A stretch of DNA of 64,000 bases. It comes from an uncultured Gemmatimonadales bacterium (lineage in GTDB: Bacteria; Gemmatimonadota; Gemmatimonadetes; Gemmatimonadales; GWC2-71-9). The first letter of the stretch is position 1; each line of letters starts with the position of its first letter. Of the stretch, positions 42,562 to 51,276 are shown in pieces. The DNA lies in NCBI GenBank assembly GCA_963842945.1, contig CAWJIM010000023.1, positions 448,001 through 512,000 of the forward strand, written 5' to 3'. The translations under genes and the position numbers were made by a program. Below the pieces are notes generated by a model that saw nothing but the letters and a program-made list of their open reading frames with translations, was not told the origin of the DNA and ran no database searches.

Positions 42562-44094
42562 ATGCGCCGATTCCTGCTCTCCACCCTTCTGGTCCTGCCG
42601 GCCTGTGCCGACCAGGGGGGCGGAAAAACCCTCGACTACTATTTCAGCTACGATCCCCGATCGCTGGATCCCGCCCTCTCCACCGACGTACCTACCGGAG
42701 AGGTCGTTTCGCTCCTCTTCGACAACCTGACACAGTTCGATGCCGATGCACGGTTGAAACCGGGACTGGCGCGTGACTGGGAAGCCAGTGCCGATGGACG
42801 GGTGTACACCTTTCATCTTCGGACCAACGCCAGCTTTCATGATGGCCGTCCCGTCCGTGCCGCCGATGTCAGGGCTTCGCTGCTCCGGGCGCTCGCGCCG
42901 GGCACCACCGGGGGGCGCAGCTGGCCGCTCTATCCCATTCGAGGGGCCCGGGCCTATGCCGCCGGCCAGGGCAAAGAGGTCAACGGAATCGCCACGCCCG
43001 ACGACTCTACCATCGTCCTGACACTGGAAGAGCCGCTCAACGTATTTCCCAAGCTGCTCGCCATGCCGGTAGCAGCAGTCGTGCCGAGCCCCACACCGAA
43101 GGACTTCGATCAGAAACCGACCGGAAGTGGTCCCTGGAAGTTCGTCTCCTGGTCCCATGATGACGCGATCGTGCTGGCCCGGAACGAGACCTACTGGGGA
43201 GGCGCGCCCCGGTCCGACAGCCTGCGCATTCGGATCATCCCTGAGCCTCTGACCCAGGCTGCCGAATACGAGTCGGGCCACCTGAGCGTCGTCGAGGTGC
43301 CCATCGGGGAGACCCGGCGCTGGGAGCAAGCCCACGACCAGGAGCTGCAGCGACGCCCCGTGATCCGGGAGTACTACGTCGCGATCAATACCACTCGAGG
43401 CCCCCTCCAGGATCCCCGGGTACGTCGCGCGCTCAATCACGCGGTCGATGTACCCACGCTGCTCAGCACCCTGTTCATGAATCGGGGTGTGCGGTCCGCC
43501 GGCTCGCTGCCTCCAGGCATTGCGGGCTACGACTCCACCCGTTCTCCCTACGCCTACGATCCCGCCGAAGCCAAGCGGCTCTTGAAGGAAGCGGGCTACC
43601 CCACCGGCTTTGCTCTGAAGCTCTGGCGCACCCAACGGGCGGAGCTCGCTCGGCTGGCTCAGTCGATTCAGCAGAACCTGGCGGAGGTCGGCATCCGGGC
43701 CGAGATCGTGGAGCGCGACGCCTCCAGCGCGAGAGAAGCCGTGCGCCATGGCGAAGCCGACCTTTTCCTCACCGACTGGTGGGCCGACTATCCCGACCCC
43801 GAAAACTTCAACTACCCGCTCTTCCACTCCCGTAACAAGGGACCGGGGGGAAACTACGCCTTTTTAACCGATCCGACCCTCGATTCCATGATCACCCGGG
43901 CGCGCGCCACGACCGATAGTGCGGAGAACGTCCGGCTGGCCCACGCCATCGACGCGCGAGTCTTCGATCTGGCGCCCTGGATTTTTCTTTGGTTTCCGGT
44001 CGATATCTGGGCCATGCAGCCGGACGTACGAGGCTGGCAGCTTCCCCTGGTCTTCACCGGGCAACGCTGGATGGAGGCAGAGCGAGCCCGGTGA
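42562..44094 (+). CDS. Peptide/nickel ABC transporter substrate-binding lipoprotein (family 5)
   Basis: LPAC lipobox, SLDP, GSGPWKF, DPRVRRALNHAVD, WWADYPDP. Confidence 0.92.
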   Translation: MRRFLLSTLLVLPACADQGGGKTLDYYFSYDPRSLDPALSTDVPTGEVVSLLFDNLTQFDADARLKPGLARDWEASADGRVYTFHLRTNASFHDGRPVRAADVRASLLRALAPGTTGGRSWPLYPIRGARAYAAGQGKEVNGIATPDDSTIVLTLEEPLNVFPKLLAMPVAAVVPSPTPKDFDQKPTGSGPWKFVSWSHDDAIVLARNETYWGGAPRSDSLRIRIIPEPLTQAAEYESGHLSVVEVPIGETRRWEQAHDQELQRRPVIREYYVAINTTRGPLQDPRVRRALNHAVDVPTLLSTLFMNRGVRSAGSLPPGIAGYDSTRSPYAYDPAEAKRLLKEAGYPTGFALKLWRTQRAELARLAQSIQQNLAEVGIRAEIVERDASSAREAVRHGEADLFLTDWWADYPDPENFNYPLFHSRNKGPGGNYAFLTDPTLDSMITRARATTDSAENVRLAHAIDARVFDLAPWIFLWFPVDIWAMQPDVRGWQLPLVFTGQRWMEAERAR

Positions 44095-45011
44095 GTCGCT
44101 TCCTGCTGCAGCGCCTGCTCTTCCTGATACCAACTCTGCTCGGCGTTCTGATCGTCACCTTCCTGCTGCTGTACGTGGCGCCGGGTGATCCGGTACAAGC
44201 CATGGTTGGCGAGCGCGCCGACCCGGAGACGCTCGCCCGCTTGCGAGCCGAGTTGCACCTCGATGATCCTCTGCCGGAGCAGTTCGCGCATTATCTGGGC
44301 GGCGTGCTCCGCGGGGACCTGGGCACCAGCTACATCACCCGCCGTCCCATCCTGCGCGATCTGCTCCAGCGCTTTCCGGCAACTCTTCGCCTAGCCGGAG
44401 CGGCCATGCTGTTTGCGGCTGTGACCGGAATCAGCATCGGTATATTCGGCGCCTGGAGACCGGGCACCCTGCTCGACCGGTTGGCTGCCCTCGGTGCGTA
44501 TCTGGGCATCTCCTTTCCGGTCTACTGGGTCGGACTGATTCTGATTCTGATCTTTGCGGTAAATCTCCGATGGTTGCCGCCGTCGGGCTCGGGGGGTCTG
44601 GTCTATCTGATACTGCCGGCGTTGACACTGGGGATGCGCTCGGTTGCATTTCTGTCGCGGATGACGCGCGCGGCCATGCAGGAGGTCCTCCAGAGCGATT
44701 TCGTGCGCACGGCACGTGCCAAGGGTCTGCAGGAGGCCCGGGTAGTGCTGTCCCACGGCTTCCGCAACGCGCTGCTTCCGGTGCTCACCGTTCTGGGACT
44801 CGACTTCGGCAGCTATCTCACCGGCTCCATTCTGACGGAGACCATCTTCTCCTGGCCCGGAGTGGGTCGCTACGTTCTGACGGCCATCGACAAGCGCGAC
44901 TTACCTGCGGTTCAGGGAAGCATTCTCTTCCTCAGCCTGGTCTTCGTTCTGGTAAACCTGATCACCGACCTGCTCTATGCTCGAGTGGATCCGCGGGTGG
45001 CGTATGATTAG
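44091..45011 (+). CDS. ABC transporter permease (DppB/OppB type)
   Basis: PGDP, GDLGTS, SDFVRTARAKG, ETIFSWPGVG, DPRV. Confidence 0.93.
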   Translation: MSRFLLQRLLFLIPTLLGVLIVTFLLLYVAPGDPVQAMVGERADPETLARLRAELHLDDPLPEQFAHYLGGVLRGDLGTSYITRRPILRDLLQRFPATLRLAGAAMLFAAVTGISIGIFGAWRPGTLLDRLAALGAYLGISFPVYWVGLILILIFAVNLRWLPPSGSGGLVYLILPALTLGMRSVAFLSRMTRAAMQEVLQSDFVRTARAKGLQEARVVLSHGFRNALLPVLTVLGLDFGSYLTGSILTETIFSWPGVGRYVLTAIDKRDLPAVQGSILFLSLVFVLVNLITDLLYARVDPRVAYD

Positions 45012-46500
45012 GCTGCTCTGTCTCCTGACCGCTTTCCTTGCCGTCTTTCCCCTCCATCCCGCCCTTGCGCAGGCCGACTTCGGCCGGCGCATTGACGCCC
45101 GCCTGAATACGCTGCCCTTCAACCGGCAGCTTTGGGGGATCGCTCTGGTCGATCAGAGTGGCCGGCTGGTCTACGGCCGCAACGAGAGCCGGCTGTTCAT
45201 TCCGGCGAGCAACACCAAGCTCATCGTGGGCGCGGTTGCCTCGGCCTTGCTTCCCCCGGATTGGCGGGTCAAGACCAGCGTGTACGGCGGCCCGGTGGTG
45301 GGCGGGGTGCTGCAGGGAGATTTGGTGCTCTACGGCCGGGGCGACCCTACTATGGACAAGCGCTGTTACGCCGCGGACAGCACCCTGGCCGGGGTGTGCG
45401 ACGTGGATCCCTTTGTCCGGGTGCGGCAGCTGGCGGAGGGACTTCGGGCCAAAGGCGTTCGTGTCGTGTCGGGCGACGTGGTGGGCGACGGCAGCTATTT
45501 CGAGCGCACTCTGGTGCATCCGAACTGGGAGGCTTTCGATCTCAACTGGTGGTATGCGGCCCCGGTATCGGGGTTGGGGTTCCATGACAACAGCATCGAT
45601 TTCGACTGGCAGCCGGGACCGGCGGTGGGAGCGCCGGCCGTCATTGCGATCACGCCGGATCTGGGCGATGTCGGATTCGAGAACCGAACGCTGACCGTAG
45701 CTCCGGGCGGCGAATCGGATATAGGCGATCGCTTCTTTCGGCAACCGGGAACGCTGCAGATCTGGGCCGAAGGCACTGTGGCGCTGGACAACCCCCGCCG
45801 CACCGAGTCTTTTGCCGTGCCTGATCCCAACCTCTATGCCGCGCGCGCGCTGCGACAGGCCCTGGCCGATGCCGGAATCGCGGTTACCGGCACCACTCGT
45901 TCCACGACCGATTCGCTGCTGTATGTGCGCCTCAGGGCTTCTGCTCCCCTCGCTGAGGTGCAGTCCCGCCCGCTTCGCGACTGGATCTTTCCGATCCTGA
46001 ACACCAGTCAGAACTGGTTTGCCGAGATGCTGTTGAAGCAGCTCGGCAGGCAATTCGGCAAGGCGGGATCGTGGCCGGAAGGGCTTGCGGTGGAACGCCG
46101 GTTTCTCATCGACTCGGTCCGGATTGATTCTACCCAGTTTTCGCTGAGTGACGGGTCAGGTCTCTCCAGCAGCAACCTGGTAAGCCCCCTGGCCTTCACT
46201 CAGCTACTTCGGTTCATCCGAGCTCATCCGCGGTCCGCAACCTTTGCCGCCGCTTTGCCCATAGCCGGTCTGCCCGGCTCACTCCGCACCCGTTTTCTGG
46301 GCACTCCGCTCAACGGCCGGGTGCGCGCGAAGACCGGCAGCATTGCCCGGGTCCAGTCGCTTTCCGGCTACATCGAGCTGGGTGGCGGGAAGGCCCTGAC
46401 TTTTTCGGTTGAGGCCAACCACCACGCGGAGAGCAGCAGGATCATGCTCAACGCGATCGACAGCGTGGTGGTCGAGCTGGGAAAGAGCGGAAACCGGTAA
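45004..46500 (+). CDS. dacB: D-Ala-D-Ala carboxypeptidase/endopeptidase PBP4 (peptidase S13)
   Basis: PASNTK (SxxK), SQN (SxN), DGSGLS, KTGS. Confidence 0.95.
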   Translation: MIRLLCLLTAFLAVFPLHPALAQADFGRRIDARLNTLPFNRQLWGIALVDQSGRLVYGRNESRLFIPASNTKLIVGAVASALLPPDWRVKTSVYGGPVVGGVLQGDLVLYGRGDPTMDKRCYAADSTLAGVCDVDPFVRVRQLAEGLRAKGVRVVSGDVVGDGSYFERTLVHPNWEAFDLNWWYAAPVSGLGFHDNSIDFDWQPGPAVGAPAVIAITPDLGDVGFENRTLTVAPGGESDIGDRFFRQPGTLQIWAEGTVALDNPRRTESFAVPDPNLYAARALRQALADAGIAVTGTTRSTTDSLLYVRLRASAPLAEVQSRPLRDWIFPILNTSQNWFAEMLLKQLGRQFGKAGSWPEGLAVERRFLIDSVRIDSTQFSLSDGSGLSSSNLVSPLAFTQLLRFIRAHPRSATFAAALPIAGLPGSLRTRFLGTPLNGRVRAKTGSIARVQSLSGYIELGGGKALTFSVEANHHAESSRIMLNAIDSVVVELGKSGNR

Positions 46501-46519
46501 GCGGTGCTGTGGTTGTCGA

Positions 46520-47552
46520 TTAATCGTCTTTCTGGCCGAAGATCGCCATGTTGGACGAGTGGCCCGGATTGACCTTGGTCTTGGGGTTGATCCGATGCAC
46601 CGCATTGTTCACCGCGACGCACGCCTCGGCCGCTCCAGTGGCTATCAGCTTGAGCTTCCCCCGATAGCTGGTAATGTCGCCGGCAGCGTAAATGCCGGGA
46701 ACGTTGGTCTCCATTACCTGATCCACCTTGATATCCGCCTTCTCGGTCTCGAGTCCCCATTCCTTGATTGCTCCGAGATCCGAGTGGAAGCCGAGCAGGG
46801 GAATGACGGCATCGAACTCAAGGGTTTCGTTCCTCTTTGGTTTTGTTATTGAAGATGGTGACCCGCTCGACCTTACCGTTTCCGTGAAGCGCCTTGACCT
46901 CCCAACAGGTCCGAAGATCGCACCTGCCCAGACCCTGCAGCTCCTGCACCTGATTGATGGTGGCCTGATGGGCCCTGAAGCCCTCACGGCGGTGAATCAG
47001 CGTGATTGACTTGGCTACCCCCTGAAGGTTGACCGCCCAGTCAAAAGCTGAATCGCCCCCGCCGACCAGGAGCACCCGTTTCCCGGTGAACTGCTTGGGA
47101 TCGAGCACCTTGAAGTACAGTCCCTTCTCCTCGTAGCGATCTTCTCCTTCGATGCCCAGCTTCCGGGCCTCGAAGGCACCGATCCCCGCGGCGATAATGA
47201 TGGTCCGCGACGGATAGTCGGCTTCGGAGGTCTCCAGCACGAAATGCCCGCCGCCATTGCCGTCTTCCCCTTTGCGCAGGCCGGTAACGATCTCGCCCAA
47301 ATGGGTGGTCGCACCGAACTGGAGCCCCTGCGCGGCCATGTCTCGCACCAGGTCCTTGGCCAGCACCTTGGGAAAGCCGGCGACATCGAAGATGTATTTC
47401 TCCGGGTAAAGCGCCATGAGCTGCCCGCCCAGCGCCGGCAAGGCGTCGATGATTCTGGCGGAGGCGCCCCGCATCCCGGCGTAAAAGGCCGCAAACAGAC
47501 CTGTGGGTCCTCCGCCGATGATGGAGATGTCTCTCAACTCATGCTCGACCAC
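46520..47552 (-). CDS. Ferredoxin-NADP(+) reductase (TrxR-like, YumC type), indel near 46830
   Basis: IGGGPTG, LYPEKYIFDVAGFP, GGGDSA, HRR, GIYAAGD, C-terminal PGHSS. Confidence 0.9.
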
Positions 47553-47665
47553 GATCGCTCCTCATGAGGTATTTGTCGTCGGTAGCCTTGAAGCTTAAGC
47601 CCTTTCGCGTTGCGATGGGACCCGGCACATTGGTCCGCCATGAGCATGCGCGTTGGCTGGCACCA

Positions 47666-48211
47666 GTGAAGATTTACACTCGCACCGGGGATGAGGGGGA
47701 CACCGGCCTGTTTGGGGGTGGCCGGGTACCGAAGGACCATCCCCGCGTATCGGCCTATGGCGATGTGGACGAGCTGAATTCCACGCTCGGCCTGGCGCGT
47801 GCGGCTGCGGATCAGAACTTCTTCGACGAGCTGCTCGAGTCGATTCAGCGTGATCTGTTCTCCATCGGCGGTCATCTTGCCACACCCGATCCGGAGCGGG
47901 TGAGGAAGGCACTGGAGAAGGCGTCGCTCTCGCCGGCCCGAATCAGCGAGTTCGAGCAGTTCATGGACCAGGCGGAGAAGACGCTCCCTCCTCTCCGGGC
48001 TTTCGTCCTGCCGGCCGGAACCGGAATTGCTGCAGCACTGCACCTCGCCCGCACCGTTTGCCGCCGAGCCGAGCGAAGCGTCGTCCACCTGGCGCACACC
48101 GAACCGGTGCCCGAGCTGTTCCTGATCTATCTCAACAGATTGTCGGACCTGCTGTTCACCCTGGCCCGGCTGGCAAACCGCCGGGACGGAGTGGCGGACT
48201 CCACCTGGTAG
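47666..48211 (+). CDS. PduO-type cob(I)alamin adenosyltransferase
   Basis: KIYTRTGDEGDT, YGDVDELNS, RTVCRRAER, YLNRLSDLLF. Confidence 0.94.
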   Translation: MKIYTRTGDEGDTGLFGGGRVPKDHPRVSAYGDVDELNSTLGLARAAADQNFFDELLESIQRDLFSIGGHLATPDPERVRKALEKASLSPARISEFEQFMDQAEKTLPPLRAFVLPAGTGIAAALHLARTVCRRAERSVVHLAHTEPVPELFLIYLNRLSDLLFTLARLANRRDGVADSTW

Positions 48212-48230
48212 ACCGTTCACCGGAGCTCAG

Positions 48231-49328
48231 GTGATATCACAGCCCGTCAGGGTAAGACACCAGCTGGGGAGCTATCCGGTTTACGTCGAGCCCGGCATCC
48301 TTGATCACCTCGCTGAGCTCCTTCAGCAACATCTTCCTGAACGACGGATTGCCCTGATCGCCGATGCCGCCGTGTACCAGTTATACCAGAGAGGAAGTCT
48401 GGGGGCCCCATCCTGGAGCGGGGCAACATTTCAGGTCCCACCTGGCGAAGCGTCCAAGACTCGGGAGAGCTGGGCCCGCTTGTCCGACGAGTTGCTGGAT
48501 AAGGGCTTTGGCCGGGACAGTGGGTTGATATCACTGGGCGGCGGCATGGTTGGCGATCTGACGGGATTTGTCGCCGCCACCTACATGCGGGGAATTCCTT
48601 ACGCCCTAGCTCCTACTACTCTGCTGGCTATGGTGGACGCTTCGGTCGGCGGAAAGACCGGGGTCAACACCACGCACGGCAAGAACCTGATTGGAGCCTT
48701 CCATCCGCCGGCCGCCGTTATCGCCGATCCCCAAACCCTGGCCACCCTTCCGGACCGGGAGTACAGGGGCGGACTGGCGGAGGCGGTGAAACACGGATTG
48801 ATCGCCGATCAGTCCTATTTCGAGTGGATCGAGTCTGCCACTGAAGACATTCTCCGCCGAGATCCCGCGGCGTTGGCGCACCTGGTCCGCCGCAGCGTGG
48901 AGATCAAGGCGGATGTGGTCAGCGAGGACGAACGCGAGTCCGGCCGCCGGGCTATTCTAAATGCGGGGCATACGGTAGCTCACGCGCTGGAGGCAGCCTC
49001 GCACTACCAGTTGTCGCATGGAGAGGCTGTGGCCCTGGGGCTGTTGGCGGAGTGCGTGCTGGCTGAGCGGATGGGTGTGGCCGAACCTGGCCTCTCCGTT
49101 CGAGTTGGGTCGCTACTCGAGCGGCTCGGCCTCCCGGTCCGATTACCGGAATCGGTCGATTATTCGACGGCCGTGCTCCGGATGTCAGTCGACAAGAAGA
49201 ACCGAAAGGCCCAAATCCATTGCGCCCTCGTATCCGGGCTGGGACGCATGCATTGCCTCGGTGGTTGGACCACTCCGATCGCTGTAGACGATATGGAAAC
49301 GGCGGTGAGGACGCTGGTCTCCCGGTAG
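48231..49328 (+). CDS. aroB: 3-dehydroquinate synthase
   Basis: GEASK, GGGMVGD, PTTLLAMVDASVGGKT, LNAGHT, HGEAV, DKK. Confidence 0.96.
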   Translation: MISQPVRVRHQLGSYPVYVEPGILDHLAELLQQHLPERRIALIADAAVYQLYQRGSLGAPSWSGATFQVPPGEASKTRESWARLSDELLDKGFGRDSGLISLGGGMVGDLTGFVAATYMRGIPYALAPTTLLAMVDASVGGKTGVNTTHGKNLIGAFHPPAAVIADPQTLATLPDREYRGGLAEAVKHGLIADQSYFEWIESATEDILRRDPAALAHLVRRSVEIKADVVSEDERESGRRAILNAGHTVAHALEAASHYQLSHGEAVALGLLAECVLAERMGVAEPGLSVRVGSLLERLGLPVRLPESVDYSTAVLRMSVDKKNRKAQIHCALVSGLGRMHCLGGWTTPIAVDDMETAVRTLVSR

Positions 49329-49375
49329 CTTTGCTTATCTCTGAAGTGTCGGTCCATGCAGCATCTTGCAGCAGG

Positions 49376-49462
49376 TTATTCACCGAGTTATCAACCCAAA
49401 CCATAACCCTGGTGGACAAAGCAACAAAGCAGTTGCTGACGAACGATTTGTGATGTGGAAAC
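49376..49462. promoter_or_regulatory. Cluster of DnaA-box-like 9-mers
   Basis: TTATTCACC (49376), TTATCAACC (49388), reverse TTGTCCACC (49411), reverse GTTTCCACA (49454); 1-2 mismatches each to TTWTNCACA. Confidence 0.4.
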
Positions 49463-49472
49463 AGAGGTTTGC

Positions 49473-49501
49473 TTGACCGCATGAGCGGAACTTCCTATAT
49501 T
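49473..49501 (+). promoter_or_regulatory. Sigma70-type promoter of the sigma factor gene
   Basis: TTGACC-N17-TATATT. Confidence 0.7.
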
Positions 49502-49574
49502 CGCTACTCAATCCTCTCCGATTGTCGGTCACCGCTCCACAAAATGTATCCCGCTCCCTCTGCCGGGGTTGTCT

Positions 49575-50468
49575 ATGACGCATGTCCGCACCGGGAAAGC
49601 CCGCCCGTTTGCCCGCTCTGCTCCTTCTGGCGCATTCGACCAATACCTTCTCGATATCCAAAAGCTCCCCATGATCTCGGATCCGGCCGAGGAAAAGCGG
49701 CTCGCTCGTAAGGCCGTGGCCGGAGACGAGGCGGCAGCAGAGCGGCTGGTCACCGCGAACCTCCGGTTCGTGATCTCCTACGTCAAGAAGTACCAGGGTC
49801 ACGGGCTCGACCTCTCCGAACTGGTGGCCATCGGCAACGAGGGACTGCTCAAGGCGGTCAAGAAGTTCGATCCCGATCACGGCGTGAAGTTCATCTCCTA
49901 CGCCGTCTGGTGGGTGCGTCAGGCCGTGCTCAAGGCACTGGCAGAACAGACCCGCAGCGTGCGCATTCCCCTGAACCAGAACTCGGCGCTGGTCCGAATG
50001 TCCCGCGCCAAGGGCTTCCTGGCTCAGGAGCTGGGGCGGGAACCCACCGACGAGGAGATCGCAATCGCGCTGAACGACTCGGTGGACAACATTCGCTCCG
50101 CCCACCGCATGAGCTCGACCGAGGTCTCGCTCGATGCTCCAGTGGAGCGTCAGGACCGGGGCGCGAGTACGTTCGGCGAGCGGGTGGCCGGCACTGGTGG
50201 GTTGGAGATCGAGGAGATGACGGATGTGCGTCTCCAGCGCGAGTTCATCGACCGCATCTTCCAGCGCCATCTCACCCCGCGGGAGCGGAAAATCCTGTCC
50301 CTGTACTACGGTTTGGAAGAGGGCTCCGAGGCCCTGACCCTGGAAAAAATCGGAGCGCTGCTCGGAGTCACCCGGGAACGCATTCGCCAGATCCGGGAGC
50401 GAGCCTTCGAGAAGCTGCGGGACTCGCCGGACGTCCGGTCTTTGCGAGGGTTCTGGGGAGCGGCTTAA
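49575..50468 (+). CDS. RpoD/SigA-family sigma factor lacking region 1.1
   Basis: ANLRFV, GNEGLLKAVKKFDP, KFISYAVWWVRQ, SLDAP, TLEKIG...TRERIRQI; about 297 aa. Confidence 0.93.
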   Translation: MTHVRTGKARPFARSAPSGAFDQYLLDIQKLPMISDPAEEKRLARKAVAGDEAAAERLVTANLRFVISYVKKYQGHGLDLSELVAIGNEGLLKAVKKFDPDHGVKFISYAVWWVRQAVLKALAEQTRSVRIPLNQNSALVRMSRAKGFLAQELGREPTDEEIAIALNDSVDNIRSAHRMSSTEVSLDAPVERQDRGASTFGERVAGTGGLEIEEMTDVRLQREFIDRIFQRHLTPRERKILSLYYGLEEGSEALTLEKIGALLGVTRERIRQIRERAFEKLRDSPDVRSLRGFWGAA

Positions 50469-50472
50469 GAAG

Positions 50473-50597
50473 AGGCAGGTAAGCGGAGAAGCAGGGAGGC
50501 GAGGAAGTAAGGGGCCGGCGAAATTCGTCGGCCTCTATTTTTCGTCCCCTCCACCCTTCCCGAACCTCCCGCATCCCCGCTTCCCTCCTTCCCCGCT
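50473..50597. repeat. Degenerate tandem-octamer inverted-repeat element (AAGCGGGG-like / CTTCCCCG-like)
   Basis: Five purine-rich octamers, a central GGCCGGCGAA-A-TTCGTCGGCC hairpin, then six pyrimidine-rich octamers. Confidence 0.7.
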
Positions 50598-50607
50598 AAA
50601 TTCCGCC

Positions 50608-51276
50608 ATGCCCTTCCGGCTGCCCCTGTTTCCACTCTCGGTTGTGCTGTTTCCCGGGAATCCATTGCCGCTCCACATATTCGAGCCCCGCTACCGGCGA
50701 ATGCTCGCCGACTGCCTGACGGCCGATCGCCGCTTCGGGATCACGCCGGCCAGTGAGAACGCCGGCCCGCCCGGTCCGGGAGCTATCGGCTGTGTAGCCG
50801 AAGTTCGGCTCAATCAGGAGCTGCCCGACGGGAGATCGAACATCGTGGTGGTGGGAGGAACCCGATTCGTGGTGGGCCGCATGCTCGAGGAGTCGCTTCC
50901 CTACCTGGTCGCCATGGTCCAGGAATTCGACGATGACCAAGGCACCGAGCCGACCGGCGACGAAGTGGCTGCGCTTCGGGAGCTCTCCACCATCTATCTC
51001 AGCGGCCTGCGCGAACTGAACGATGAGCCGCCGGAGGAGCCGACACTCCCGGAAGACGCCGCCGGTCTTTCCTTTCACATAGCGGGCAGCATCGAGTGCG
51101 ACCTGGGAGTGAAGCAGCGCCTCCTGGCCGAACGCTCCACTGCGGGCCGGGTGAAGGCACTGATGATGTTGCTCCCGGTCCTGAACAGTACGGTCGAGAA
51201 AGGGATCAAAGTACATCGTCGCTCCCACACCAACGGCAAAGGTGGCGCCATTCCGGACGTTTCCACCAGCTCATGA
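50608..51276 (+). CDS. LON peptidase N-terminal (substrate-binding) domain protein
   Basis: LPLFPLSVVLFPG..LPLHIFEPRY, LPDGRSNI. Confidence 0.92.
   Translation: MPFRLPLFPLSVVLFPGNPLPLHIFEPRYRRMLADCLTADRRFGITPASENAGPPGPGAIGCVAEVRLNQELPDGRSNIVVVGGTRFVVGRMLEESLPYLVAMVQEFDDDQGTEPTGDEVAALRELSTIYLSGLRELNDEPPEEPTLPEDAAGLSFHIAGSIECDLGVKQRLLAERSTAGRVKALMMLLPVLNSTVEKGIKVHRRSHTNGKGGAIPDVSTSS

Noticed and set aside
49329..49570. oriC
   Set aside because: No perfect TTATCCACA box, no clear AT-rich unwinding element and no dnaA/dnaN nearby; kept only as a possible regulatory cluster.
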